A stretch of DNA of 64,000 nt from Octopus sinensis (lineage: Eukaryota). Each line of letters starts with the position of its first letter. Position 1 is the stretch's first letter. Positions 37,700 through 51,456 of this stretch are shown piece by piece. Under the pieces are notes generated by a model. It saw nothing but the letters and a program-made list of their open reading frames with translations. It was not told the origin of the DNA and ran no database searches. The position numbers and the translations under genes are program-made. The stretch lies in NCBI RefSeq assembly GCF_006345805.1, contig NC_043006.1, positions 27,466,001-27,530,000 of the forward strand, given 5' to 3'.

Positions 37700-40600
37700 T
37701 CCCAGCGTTCACTATTTTCTTCTCGTTCTGGTCTATTAAAACTTACGGACAAATATCCCTTTTACACTGGATTTGTCACTCCGTAGGAATTTTAAGTGGA
37801 TCTTCGTCATTGCAGACTTGTCCTACTCCATCCTAGGAGCTGACTTCTTACATCACTATTCTCTCCTTGTGGACTTAGTGGACGCCGGCTTCTTGATGAT
37901 ACTACCTCACTCACTGTATCCAGAAAGGATTCTTCTTTCTTTGTGGCTGCTTCGGTTGACTTCCACCACCAGTTACTCGCTTCATTTCCAGAGTTGACTG
38001 ATTTGTCATTTCATCCGTCGAATCCAGCCCATTCCACGAGTCATTTCATCATGACTAAGGGACCTCATGTCTTTTTACCGACCGCGCCGTTTGTCTCCAG
38101 AGAAACTCCGGATTGCCCGGATTGAATTCGAGTACATGCTCCAACAGGTCCTTGTTTGTCCCTCCACGAGCCCGTGGGCAGCACCTTTATACATGGCCAG
38201 GAAGAATGAAGCTGATTTTCGACCAGTTGGAGATTGTAGATACCTTAATACTGTCGCTATTCCAGATCGCTATTCGCTACCAAATGTGCAGGATTTCTCG
38301 TCTGTCCTGCATACGCGCGTACCATCAAATCCCTGTCAACCCAACGACATTCCAAAGACAGCCGTCACCACACCTTTTGGAGCGTTTGAGTTCCTGTCTA
38401 TGCCGTTTGGTCTTCGTAATGCGGCCAGCACGTTCTAAAGGTTCATTGATGAGGTCGTTCGTGGGTTAGACTTTGTCTTCGCATACGTCGATGACCTTCT
38501 AATCGCCAGTAGTACTCCGGACCAACACCCCCAACACTTAACCCAACTGTTCAAGTATCTGCGTTCCTATGATGTGAAGATCAATCCGGCTAAGTGTGTA
38601 TTTGATTCTACCAGCTTGGAATTCTTGGGGCATCTTATTGACGCCGACGGTATTTGTCCACTTCCCTCTAAAGTGGAAACCATCAAACACTTGTCTCTTC
38701 CTGTTTCTTTAAAACAGTTCAGAAATTTTGTCGGTTTAATTAATTATTACCGTCGCTTCTTTCCTAACTAAGCGGAGAAGTTGCTTCCCTTGACCCAGCT
38801 TTTGAAACATCAACTCAAGAAAGACACCCCGATAATGCTGCCTCCTACAGCCGAGCTTGTTTAAGCATCCTTCCTTACTCATCCTGTTGCTGATGCAAAA
38901 TTGTCTCTTACTATAGACGCGTCTGCTTTGGCCACTAGCGCAGTTGTACAGCAATCTGTCAACGGCCAGACCCAGCCACTGGCTTTCTTTTCTCGCCATT
39001 TGAAAGCTGATGAATTGAGGTACAGTATGTTTGGTAAGGAACTCTCAGTGATTCATCTTGCAGTGAAGTATTTCTCTCACTTTCTCGAAGGTAGAGATTT
39101 CACAATTTTCACCGACCATAAATCGCTAACGTTCGCTCTCTTTGCCAAACGGACCGGTACTCGCCCAGAGAAACAAGGCACTTGGACTACATATCACAGT
39201 TCACTAGTGACATTCGCCACATCGCTGGCACTGACGACATCTCCGCCGACGCCTTATCTCGCCTGCCTATCGGGGCATTGTCGTCTCCTGCTTCGATTGA
39301 TTATTGTTGCTAGGGCTACTGACCAACCTTCCTTTGACTCTTTGGACGTCTTTTCACCACAGTTTTCTGCTGCGAGTTTGAACATCTGCCTCTGCTTTTT
39401 TCTGAAGGAACCATTCTATGCGATGTTTCTACCGGGTCACTCCGACGCCTCGTTCTTGAACATCACTGTCGTGCTGTTTTTGAAGCACTGCATTCACTGT
39501 CACACCCCGGCATTGCAGCCACAGTAAAGCCTGCTTTTTCTGGCCGAATATGCGTCGGCCTATTACTGCTTGGTCACGTGCCTGTCTACCATGTCAGTGT
39601 TCCAAGGTACATCGTCGCGTGCGAGCAACCCCTGGGCACTTTCAGCCACCGGACACCAAGTTCCGTCACATACACATCGACCTGGTTGGTCCTTGGCCAG
39701 TCAGTTGCGGATTTACTTATATCCTGACCTGCATCGACCGATTCTACAGATGGCCTGAAGCCATCTCTCTTGTGGACATTTCCGCGGAATCGGTCGCCAG
39801 AACCCTCATCTCTGGGTGGATAGTTCGCTTTGGAGTACCCTCCAGAATTACCACCGACCTTGGATGCCAATTTGAAGCTTGTCTGTTTCGTGAGCTTTCG
39901 AGATTGCTCGGAATTCAGCACATCCACACCATAAGTTACCATCCCGCCCCAAACGGGATTGTGGAACGGTTCCAACGCCAGCTTAAAGCCGCTATTCTTG
40001 CTGCTCCTTATCCTCATCGTTGGTCCGAGTTTCTCCCCATAGCTCTGTTGAGGTGCCGCTCAGCTGTTAAGGAGGATTTAGGTTGCTCCTCCGCTGAACT
40101 CTTGTATGGCACCACTTCGGCACCTCCTGGTCAAATGTTGGCACCCGTCGATTTACCGAATGCGGATCCTGCATCTTATGTCACGAAACTCAGGTCATTC
40201 TTTGCTGACCTGCCACCAATGCTTCCTCGCGACCAGTCTGTTTTTTTCTGCAGTACCTCCGGATATTTCTATTTGGACTCACATGCTTGTAAGAAGGGAT
40301 GCCGCCAAGGGACCACTCACACCTCCCTACTCTGGTCCCATCGTGTTCTTAGGAGCACACTGAAACTGTTTACTGCGGACATTCACGGAGAAAAAAGAGT
40401 CTGTTTCTATCGACAGAGTTAAAATAAAGCCTTTTCTAAAACATTTATGCCACTTGCTGACACACCCATCATTCCACAAACACTACCACCTCCCATCTCC
40501 CCACCTCCACTCACCAAAACACAAACTACACAAACGAATTCTTCACCCTACAGGACACGTTCTGGCAGATCGGTTCATTGGCCGAAGAAATTGTCTCAGA
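37700..40600 (+). mobile_element. Ty3/Gypsy pol pseudogene (protease end, RT, RNase H, integrase)
   Basis: ILGADFL; FGAFEFLSMPFGLRNAASTF; FAYVDDLLIAS at 38478-38510; IDAS...QPLAFFSRHL; HIHIDLVGP...NGIVERF; TRSGRSVHWP; no LTRs recognised. Confidence 0.92.
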
Positions 40601-41219
40601 CTACATTTCTTAACTTTGCCTTACCAGTGACTGTTCCAGAGAATAGACTTATGTTTGTTATACACACCGCACTCATATTTCTTCTCTTTCTGTATCATTG
40701 TGCATTTTCACATGTTTACTTACAAAGAAACACTATATATATGTACATACGCAGCATACACACATCTTTCAACAAGATTTTTGTATCATACTCTGTTCTG
40801 TTTGATTGGACACCTTTCTTTGCTGAACGTTTCTTTCTTTGTACATATTTGCATTGTATTTTTCAATTGTTCTGCCATAGTTCAGATTCTGTGTATCACA
40901 CATTTTGTTCTCTACAAGAACAGACATTTTTTCTGCATGTTTCCTCCAAGTTTGTACTCTTGCATTGCTCATACAACTGTTTTGCTGTGTTTCATTCTTC
41001 TGTGCCATTTCTATCGCGCACGTACATTTCGCCTACCTTCCGCAACCATGTGGTTGAGAAGCAAGGGATTGGTCCTCTGACCTCCAATGAAAACCCAACA
41101 ATATTTGAAAATCGGTTAAGGCTGTTCGTCATTTTTTCAATGTACAGAGAAATAGTTAAATTTACTATGTTTGTATTTCTGTATTCCTACTACGCAGGTT
41201 TGCACACACACACGCGCAC

Positions 41220-41262
<43 letters not shown>

Positions 41263-43717
41263 ACACACACACACACGTACATATTTATGTATGTATACAT
41301 TTAATAAACATACATTTAACTTCATGTACTCGTGTCAAAAATGGCCATTTACCATTTCTTGAAAGCTGAAAACAAAGGCTGTATTATCCAAGACAGAGTA
41401 CGAAAGTCATTCAGTAGGTCAGGATTGCGTAGGTGTGACGTAGTAACAAATCCTCAAAATGGCCTTTGATGAAGTGCAATGAATATATGGTATCTCATTG
41501 AAAACTAATTTATGCGATATTTTAACAACACTTTGTCGAACTTGTTGAGGAGGGAAAAAGTGTAGGTGATGAACTCTTGGGCGTACTTCGACGGTTTCCC
41601 ATAACACTTAACGAAACGGGTGACGTTGTGTGAAGAGTTGAAAATTGCATCTAACATACGAAAGGTACTGTCCAGCAACAGAAAAGGTAAATCCCCGAGA
41701 CTGGATTATCTCGTATAAAGGTTATTCGAACATGCTAGATTTGTCTAATTTTAATGCATGCTACAATCCTAAAATAATGTCGATTTTCTTGAAGCCCTCT
41801 CTGCTTACCTTTCTTTTGCATAGGTCGACTTGCAGTTCAAACTAAGCACCAGCCGTAAGAAACTCACTAGCAGTGTCACTTCTTTCTAACTAAACCACAC
41901 AAAAAATTCACAGCAGTTATGTGAACCTGGATTTGTGAATTTGCCAGTTATATGAACCTGGATTTGTGAATTTGCCGACAAAATTGCTAATTTCACGCAC
42001 ACAGCACTGCATTTAGCAGAGTTACAGATTTTTTGTCAGGTGCTATTGAAGAGTTTGACGTTTATTTCCTGGTGGGACCGCAGGACGTGTCGGGGAAATC
42101 TATCCATAACATCATCTATTGCATGCGATATAATGTACAGGGGGCGAAATGTAATTATGTGACGCAAAAATATGGTTGAAAGCATCATCCTCATGGTCTC
42201 GAACACCTTAGAAACTGAGATAATCCGCAAAATGGGATAATAACAGAATTTTAGTGGCTTCATACAAGCATAGTGTGGATTCAATCCGCGATAGCTAAAT
42301 TTCACTTAACAGTTCAACAGCACTTTTCTCACGGTAAAACAATAGTGTTTCTGTGAGTGACAGCAGTTACATTTGCCAGATGCCTTCGCTAAGCAGAATA
42401 ATGTCTTTGCCGCTTGACCCTTCTAACCTCTTCTAGGCCACCAAAAGCTAGAATAGCGATAACAGACCGCCAACGAAATCTATTGTTCTCAACAATATGT
42501 CTGTCCTTCTGGTTGGTTTTGGATAGTTATAAAAAAAAAAAGAACTACGTAAGCCAAAGTCAGTTAGTGAGAACCAAGTCTGGCTGAACAAAACGCCGTC
42601 TCTGAAGGAAAAGACACAAAAGGAACAACTATGGTAACTCACCAACGGAGCAGTTGTTTCATCTCACCACTCTCACTTTCACTAGCTCATTTTCTTTTCT
42701 CTGTAACATTATCATATCTCTCTATATATACTACTATGAGATCGTGTACACACATATACAGGCCGAAATTAACTATCTTTACCTTGCATGCTTTACGAAC
42801 TGTGTTATACTATTACACTAGCCTATCCGTCGTGGTATGGCATATATTAGAGTAACGATAAATAAATACTTCTTTACAACTTCGATCACTGTTCTTCTTT
42901 CTTCTTTCACATCTTACAACATGCCGTTGCAATAAATCTTCGCCGTTACAGAATCATAGATTAATTAGGACATGTCGGTGAAGTGTTATCACTCGGCATT
43001 CGGCGAGACGTTACCATGCCGGTTAACATTTGCTGTTGGACAAGAAGTTTGGCTAGAATGTTTACTTCAGTCCAAGATAAAAACTATGAATGGGAAGACA
43101 GTCGAATTGGCCAGTCTCACTCAAGAATCCATGACATTGATGACGATATACTGAACATTCTTTTCCAGAGGTGCTACAAGTTAAGGATGAAGGTATTCTT
43201 TTATTGGAATATAACACTTATGTATATGATACATATATAATACAAAACCACATTAAAAATACAAATATTAGACATTTGAACAAATCCGGGGTTAATTCAT
43301 TTAATTTGAATTTTTCACATTCTTTGTTAACGACCTCAGCATAAGTGACGAAATCTTCATTTTTTAAAACTAAATTTAAGCATTGCCAACGAGTATTTTC
43401 GATAACAACTTAGCTGTTTCATCGAAACATATCTGTAAGGTTAGCAACCAAATAGTCCTCAAATCACACCCTTACACAAAAGACAATGCTAGGTGTCACT
43501 GAAAAGACGGGATAGTCTCAGTTGGAATCCTTTTGATTACGGGTCGTTTAGGAAGGGCTCACTTGGGGCTAAGAAAAACTATGTACACGTAGAAGATATA
43601 CATCGGATTCAGATCAGGAATCAAAACCCCTGGTTTCACATTCGTTTCCATTGTTTTGAGATTGTATACGGATCTTTGCCTTTTGACTGACAGATTTTTA
43701 AAATAATTTTTTGTAAC

Positions 43718-44350
43718 TAAACACTTTCAAACTTCGGACACTGGTAGAATGTGTCACATAAAACATCTTTTACTCTTAGCATTGTTGAGAAAATTCTGTA
43801 TTTTGGAAGTTATTTTTTGTTAAAGTTGTCGTATTTCGGTAATTTCAGCCAGTCAATGACGTGTATTCAGCTGAATAAAATTACTGCTGTTGTTTGTCAA
43901 CAACAACTTCCGGCGGTGTATATTTCGTTTGTCACTGTTATTTATGACATATTTAATCTCAGTTACGTTTGTATGAATAAACGAGTGTATCTGAAGCATG
44001 TTTACTTCATGGCACCACAATAATCGTTCGTGCTTTATTTTTCATGTAACTCTAACCCTAAAACCACAACCCTAACCCTAAAACCTTAAAGCTAAAACCA
44101 GTACAAACGCACGAACGATGTCATAAATAACAGTGACAAACGAAAAATACACCGCTGATAGTTGTTGTTGACAAACAACGGTATTAATTTTATTCAGCTG
44201 AATACACGTCATTGATTGGTTGAAATTACCGAAATACGACAACTTTAACAAAAAGTAACTTCCAAAATACAGAATTTTCTCAACAACGCTAAGAGTAAAA
44301 GATGTTTTATGTGACACATCCTACAAGTATACGAAGTTTGAAAGTGTTTA
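43718..44350. mobile_element. Fold-back element with arms of about 233 bp
   Basis: 43718-43950 is the inverted copy of 44118-44350; both strands give a near-identical spurious ORF starting MSHKTSFTLS. Confidence 0.8.
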
Positions 44351-45200
44351 ACCTGTCAAGTTCACCATCTTCGTAGATTTATACAGAGGTGAATCTATAT
44401 AAACTCGTTCAGCTCTTATTTCAGTAACCTAATTCAGCTTTAACACCGGTCCATATTCACGGAAAAAGACAACTAAACTATAAATAAAAAACAGTTCTAT
44501 CTGCAACTTTTAGACAGTTTCTTTGATTTTTCTGTCATTTTCCGAGTTTACTTCTGCCGCCTACGGTCAGTAACCTCGGCAGACGCGCGCACATACAAGC
44601 AACTTTTTTTGCGCGTACCTTTCCTTCCATACACTTTCCGACATGCAATTATATGGAGTGGACGGGAGATTTTCGAGGTAAAGTGTCATCCACAATACTT
44701 TCGTGTTCTTTTCCAACTCGTCGGAGTTGAGTAAGTACGTAACATTTAAATAAAATCAGTAATAAGTATAGACTATCTTTCGTCACTTCATTTCATTATA
44801 TCCACAAATGATTAACTTGTTATATCTCAAACCGTTACTTATGTTACATACAGACAACAATTGAAGACTTACTCAGACTTTTTATATTTGATCCAGTTTC
44901 CAAAATGACGCGTGAGAGACTGAACTGAAATACTTAGGATTTTATTCCACAGTAAATTTTTTTTTTATTCTTAAATCACTTTAATTTCATCTCAGTCAAC
45001 ACCAGCTTATTTTAGATTAAATATTGACGGTTATTGTTCAGAAACCATTGCCTCTTATGGAAAAAAAAAATATCGGTAAAAAGCCAGCAATTTTGCAAGT
45101 AACTTCATGTGTGTGTGTGTGTGCTCGCGCGCACATACGCACACAGATAAACAGATAGATGTAATATACGCACGACTTGCAGTATAAAAATGGAAAGGAC

Positions 45201-45455
45201 CGCCTTAGAAATTTTGTAAACATTCGAGGATTCCACACGTATAGTATAGATAAAACTTTATGAGCCAATTGAGGGATCTGTGAGTACTAAGACCAAACTT
45301 GCTTGATTATCGTTTTATGGTATATTTGATAAACAATAAAATACCATTCTTTAAAAGTTTTGTACATATTTGCGGAGCCTAGCGTATTAGGCTCATAAAG
45401 TTTTATTTATACTACACGTGTGGAATCCTTGAATATTTACAAAAATTCTAAGGCG
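45201..45455. mobile_element. MITE-like inverted repeat with arms of about 68 bp
   Basis: cgccttagaaattttgtaaacattcgaggattccacacg...tttatgagcc and its reverse complement at 45386-45455; no TSD found. Confidence 0.6.
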
Positions 45456-46514
45456 TACTATTTTATATCAAATATACTATAAAACGGTAATTCACACTAA
45501 GTTTTATCTTACTAGCCACTTAGGTAAACTAGGTGAATGTAGCAGGTCATTTCTAAACCCCTTTCGGGGTTTAAAAATAATTTTTTTACCAGAAGTCGTA
45601 ATGTACAGATTTGATCATTTTGCCGGTTTATCCGTAGGTTGGTTTTAATTTGAATTATTTGAAAATTTAATCAGTTATTCAACAGGATTCAGTCAATTTT
45701 TGCTATTACATCCATCTCGCAAGGCGGACGTAATCTCTGATCAGAGAACTTTCGGAATAGCTACCATTACATCATAGGAAAGGAACAGAACAGGGAAGTG
45801 GATGGTTGTTTCCTTCTGTAAAAAATCTTTGTTAAAAAAAATTGATTTTTGTTTTTGTTTCTCCCTCAAACTGTGCCCTTCCCTAGTAAATTTCAGCTGT
45901 TACTCCCGTCACGTGAGACGGGTGAAACAGTAAAAGAAAAAAAAGATTTTTACCTTTAAAACTTTGTCCAAATTAAAAATAAAAGCATTAAGTCCTTAAA
46001 GTAATGAAATCTGAAAGCTGATGTAAATACGAAACAACTAACAGAGATGTGTGTGTAATAGAATACACTATCGGCTGGCTTGAATAAACAAATTACTGAA
46101 ACCAGAGTGTTCTTCCAAATATAATATGAAGATGCTGGAATATAAAGGATACCTCTACCAGCAGCAGTAACAGATGGGTAACCAGTAAAACTTCGTTTCT
46201 TTGGCGCCGAAAAACGAAAAATATCTTTTTAAAATTGGATTGTGGTCATGATAGCCTTCGAGAATAAAGTTGATTGTTACGAAAAGATAAAAAGGTATCA
46301 GAGAAAGAGAGGGATCTGGACGAAAAATGTAATAAAGAAGCGTATTCAAATGCCAGAAAGTATTTCGTCGAATGCTCTTTCATTAGATGGAATACATTTT
46401 CTTTATTAATTTTGCCTCCGTACAATCAACAACACGAAACTTTTACATTTAGATATATAATACCTTTTACTTTTACATGGCGAACATACATCAGACAGGC
46501 ACTACATAATTTTA

Positions 46515-46863
46515 ACAATAGTATGCTCCTTCACAGCCACATGGTTCCGGGCTCAGTCCCACTGCATGGAACTTTGAGTAAATGTCATCAACTATATCTT
46601 CGGATTTGGTAGACGACAACTGAAAGAAGCCTGTCGATATATATGTATATATGTGTGTGTGTCTTTGTGTCTGTTTGTCATCCCATCACCGCTTGCCAAC
46701 CGTTGTTGGTGTGTTTACGTCTCCGTAAATTAGCAGTTTAACAAAAAAGACAGATAAAATAAGTAGTCCTTAAAAAATAAACCCTGGGATCGATTTGCTA
46801 GACTAAAACTCTTCAAGGCAGTACTCCAGCATGGCCGCAGTCTGATGATTGAAACAAATAAAA

Positions 46864-46865
<2 letters not shown>
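46515..46865 (+). mobile_element. Octopus tRNA-derived SINE, older copy
   Basis: ccacatggttccgggctcagtccc...ggatttggtagac...ccagcatggccgcagtc. Confidence 0.8.
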
Positions 46866-46945
<80 letters not shown>

Positions 46946-47215
46946 CAAGATAAGAAAATGGAGAAATGCATCTAAATCAAATATCAATTATCAGATAATA
47001 CTCAATCACATACTTTATTAAACCACCACATAAGAGACTGTAGGGTTAAACATAAAAAAGCGGAACAAATCAGTGTACATAAAAAAGTGTACATAAAAGA
47101 GTAATGTTGTATAATAAGTAGAATATATATAAAAAAGAGAATATAAATATAAGTAAGTATAAATGTTATCCCATGGAGGGTTGCATTTACAACCCCTATC
47201 TCAATTTGTATATAT

Positions 47216-47284
<69 letters not shown>

Positions 47285-47288
<4 letters not shown>

Positions 47289-47580
47289 CGTGATCACCGT
47301 GACCGACCAGGCTATCAGATGTTGCTACACATCGCTGGTCACAATGCACTTCGCATTGTTTTAGCCTTCAAATGACCCCACCCCGCTGGCTAAGCGAGCA
47401 GGCCAACAGAAGAAAGAGTGAGAGAAAGTTGTGGCGAAAGAGTACAGCAGGGATCGCCACCAACCCCTGCCGGAGCATCGTGGACCTTTAGGTGTTTTCG
47501 CTCAATAAACACTCACAATGCCCGGTCTGGGAATCCTACAACCACAAGTCCACTGTCCTAACCACTGGGCCATTGCGCCT

Positions 47581-47583
<3 letters not shown>
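47285..47583 (-). mobile_element. tRNA-derived SINE, different family
   Basis: Minus-strand head gtggaggcgcaatggcccagtggttagg...gattcccagaccggg. Confidence 0.75.
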
Positions 47584-47621
<38 letters not shown>

Positions 47622-47631
47622 TATATATGTA

Positions 47632-48039
47632 TACTCTTTTACTGGTTTCAGTCATTTGACTGCGGTCATGCTGGAGCATCGCCTTTAATCGAGCAACTCG
47701 ACCCCGGGACTTATTCTTTTGTAAGCCCAGTACTTATTCTATCGGTCTCTTTTGCTGAACCGCTCAGTTACGGGGACGTAAACACACCACCATCGGTTGT
47801 CAAGCGATGTTGGGGGAACAAACACAGACACACAAACACACACGTATATATATATATATATATATATACATATATACGACGGGCTTCTTTCAGTTTCCGT
47901 CTACCAAATCCACTCACAAGGCTTTGGTCGGCCCAAGGCTATAGTAGAAGACACTTGCCCAAGGTGCCACGCTGTGGGACTGAACCCGGAACCATGTGGT
48001 TGGTAAACAAGCTACTTACCACACAGCCACTCATGCGCC
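47632..48039 (-). mobile_element. Octopus tRNA-derived SINE, full length
   Basis: Reverse complement of the 10949-11305 family. Confidence 0.9.
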
Positions 48040-48415
48040 TGTATGTGTGTATATATGTATACATACACACACACACACCACACACACACACACACACAAA
48101 CACACACACGTTTGTAAATAAATGTCGGTGGTGAATAGAAGACCTTAGAGTGTTTGTTCAGTCTTTCTGCGCTTTAAGCTTTAATCCCACCGAAATTGAT
48201 TTTGCTGTTCATCCTCTCGGAATTGATAAATAAAGTACCATTCCTGTATTGAGGTGGATTCTTCTTCCTTTTTTAGGGAAAAAATTACCTGCACCCCAAA
48301 TATCAAGGATCCCCCAAAAGTTAATATGTTGGATGTATGGTGTGTTTGGACATGTGTGTATACATCCATCCATCCATACATACATACATACATACATACA
48401 TACATACATACATAC

Positions 48416-48463
48416 ATTATGGCTGCCCCCTCGTTATCGAGTAAGGCCATTGCACGAAGCTTA
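48416..48463 (-). mobile_element. 3' UTR stub of the (ATGT)n-tailed RTE family
   Basis: ggctgccccctcgttatcgag...ccattgcacgaagctt next to (ACAT)n. Confidence 0.8.
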
Positions 48464-48465
48464 TA

Positions 48466-49452
48466 CGAGGTATGTACCGAAAATAATGCAAAAAGTGGGC
48501 ATACCTTTTTTTAAAAACCAATATAGTCCCTTCAAATTGCACGCGTTGACATAATAACACTTCTTCTATGCAAAGATACTACCCGACCTAATCTCCATCA
48601 CAAGCGATGCATTTGCGTCATTGTTGAATTCAACTCCTGATTTACCCACAACTTCATGTGTGTCTTCAAATCATTGTACTCGAAGACTGCTCTTCATTGT
48701 ATCAAACAAGTGATAGTCAGAAAGCGCCCAGGTCCGGGCTGTATGGTAGAGGTGGGGAGTGCTGATTTGTTATCAAAGATTAATGTGGTCGCCCATTGTG
48801 GTAAATGTGAATTGTTTTTCAGATTCTTATTTGAGCTTTTCTTTGTAACGGCTCCTCTAAACCTTTTTAGTGTCTCACTGTTCGTGGAACAACCATGTTA
48901 CAGAAAATCAAGGGCAATGATACTTTTGCCATCTTCTAAAACAGTCATTATAACTTACTGTGCTGATCACTGGCTCTTAAGTGTCATAGACCTTAGATAA
49001 GAAGTGTGACGCCAATCCGATGACTGATCTTTTGTTTCCATATCTTGCAGATACGCCCACATTTCAAACGTTGCTACAAGAACGGGAAAATCATGTCTTC
49101 GTTGACTTTAAACGCTTCCAGTAGATTATGGCAGACATCCACCGTTCTCTTCTTCAAATAAAGTGTCAACTACCGTGTTAACCCGCTTTGTACACACTTT
49201 CCGATTACCGACGTCTTCCACCATCTTTAATGCGTTGTGATCACAGTCCAAACACACAGATTGTGAGTTTGCTGTACGAATTAATTTTTTCACTTGCTGG
49301 AGATTTGTGTCAATGGTCGCAAGGATTGTTTCTCTTTTGCCCGTAAAGATGGAAGTACTAGAAGAGCTACTCTACCAACATATACATTTCAAACGACTTG
49401 TCAATTAAAAAAAGTTATATCTACTTTTCCACTGCTTTCAACACAGCCCTAG
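48466..49452 (-). mobile_element. mariner-family transposon, decayed
   Basis: TA|cgaggtatgtaccgaaaata at one end and a degenerate TIR plus TA at the other; minus-strand remnants of RKVC, the DEKW-like region and SDYHLF. Confidence 0.75.
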
Positions 49453-49553
49453 TAAGTGTGTACGTATAGTATGTGTATGTATGTATGTATGTATGTATGA
49501 ATGTATGTATGTATGTGTGTATGTATGGATGTATGTATGTATGTATGTTATGT

Positions 49554-50248
49554 CAGGTCACTTTCGAGTGCTACTGGTAACATGTAACCCAGTACAACCT
49601 GTTGCATAGTCGGGCCGTCGGCGACTGAACCGGCAACCCCACCAAGCTTGCTTGGTGAGGAGGGTGTTTATTAGACACCTTGCGGGATGAAAAACAAAAC
49701 CCGTCAAAGGGCGGAAGAACTTTTGAGAGTCAGCGGCCATCCAATAAAAGTGTAGTTTTTTTTTCTTCTTAAGGCTTAAGGCTGTATCATGCGCGGGGAC
49801 ATAGAAATAATCGGACTGAATACCCGATCGCGCGGTTAAACCATTGGGAGTGAAGGACTCCTAGCCTTTGTTAGGGCATCCTTCTAGGAGAAGGTAACCA
49901 GGTAACTGGGATAACTCCGACATAAAACATGCGGCTCAGTGGTTACCGATGATGTTGACTTCTTTTTGGATTATGACTGATGTTGCTTAGTGAGTGGGAT
50001 TGACTCAGTGCTCAGCCTTTCCTCACTTTGAAAAAAAAATCTTCTTGCAGAGGCATTGCGCGATAACAACATTGCTCATGATTGTTGATGGTGCTGTGAG
50101 TCTCAACTGAATGGCTGGCTGTAGCCTTAAAAAGCAAATAAAAGTGATATTCAATCACAGCACCAATAACAGTTAAGCTTCATGCAATGGCCATACTCGA
50201 TAACGAGGGGACAGCCATCATGTATGTATGTATGTATGTATGTATGTA
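49554..50248 (+). mobile_element. Probable internally deleted derivative of the (ATGT)n-tailed RTE
   Basis: 3' end 50130-50220 matches the family 3' UTR plus (ATGT)n; the 5' 450 bp resembles an RTE 5' UTR (inference); (ATGT)n on both sides. Confidence 0.55.
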
Positions 50249-50249
50249 T

Positions 50250-50490
50250 ACTCTTTTACTTGTTTCAGTCATTTGACTGCGGCCATACTGGAGCACCGCA
50301 TTAAATGGAATTTTTAGTTGAAGAAATCAATTCCAGGACGTATTCTTTATAAGCCTAGTACTTATTCTATCGGTCTTTTTGGCCGGACCGCTATGTTACG
50401 GGGATTTAAACACACCAACATATGTTGTCAAGCGATAGTACAGGGACAAACACCGGCACAAAGACACACACACACGCACACATACACAAA

Positions 50491-50529
<39 letters not shown>

Positions 50530-50675
50530 GACGGGCTTCTTTCAGTTTCCGTCTACCTAATCCACTCACAAGGCTTTGGTCGGCCCGAAGCTATAGTAGA
50601 AGACACTCACCCAAGGTGTCACGCAGTGGGACTGAATCCGGAACCATGTGGTTGGGAAGCTAGCTTCTTACCACA
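50250..50675 (-). mobile_element. Octopus tRNA-derived SINE
   Basis: Reverse complement of the 10949-11305 family. Confidence 0.85.
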
Positions 50676-50726
50676 TAATCACACACACACACACACACAC
50701 ACACAATACATACATACATACATACA

Positions 50727-50760
<34 letters not shown>

Positions 50761-50825
50761 CATACATACATACATACATACATACATACATACATACATA
50801 CATACATACATACATACATACATAC

Positions 50826-50870
50826 ATGATGGCTGTCCCCTCGTTATCGAGTATGGCCATTGCATGAAGC
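50826..50870 (-). mobile_element. 3' UTR stub of the (ATGT)n-tailed RTE family
   Basis: gatggctgtcccctcgttatcgagtatggccattgcatgaagc after (ACAT)n. Confidence 0.8.
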
Positions 50871-50899
50871 ATGCATGCATATAGTATGTATAAAGGGTT

Positions 50900-51456
50900 T
50901 GTAGCAGACGTGATTTGCACTGCCATTATGTATATGATGTTTTCGTTATAGGTTATCTAGGCTTAAATCCCCGAATATCAGCTTCACAAGCCTTTTCGTT
51001 CCAGCAGGTCCTTGTGATTAGCTGAATTTGTTGTTTTTATTGGTTGGTTTCCAACCGTCCAGTCATGTTGGCACAACAGTTCATTTTACCTTAGGCGGGA
51101 AATTAATCGCCAGCTCCTGAGAGCCTGCTATTCTCTATAATGACGGCAGTCCTCGACTGCTCTAGGTCTTTGGTACACGCAACTCGTCTGCGTCAACGTT
51201 GTGTCTGACACCAGCCAGTCTCCGCTTTCAATTCCACCGGACACCTGTCTACATCGTTGCTGTATGAAAATCACACAACCAACAGACCAACACACCACCA
51301 AACAGTACGTCAAATGTGTCTACAAGATGAACGGTCCTGCCTAACCACGAAGTCTCTCATAGCTCTTTGTTGTAACCTGTTATGTTATTTCATTTCATGT
51401 ATGGCAATCATTGTATTTTATAACGGAGAATAAACCGTCGCTCACTAGTTAATTTC
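50900..51456 (+). mobile_element. Possible solo LTR
   Basis: Starts TGTAGC, has AATAAA near 51429 and a CA at about 51456; no TSD confirmed. Confidence 0.3.

Noticed and set aside
41912-41977. Two adjacent 31-bp direct repeats
   Set aside because: Simple local duplication without spacers; no CRISPR-like array or other prokaryotic system is present in the window
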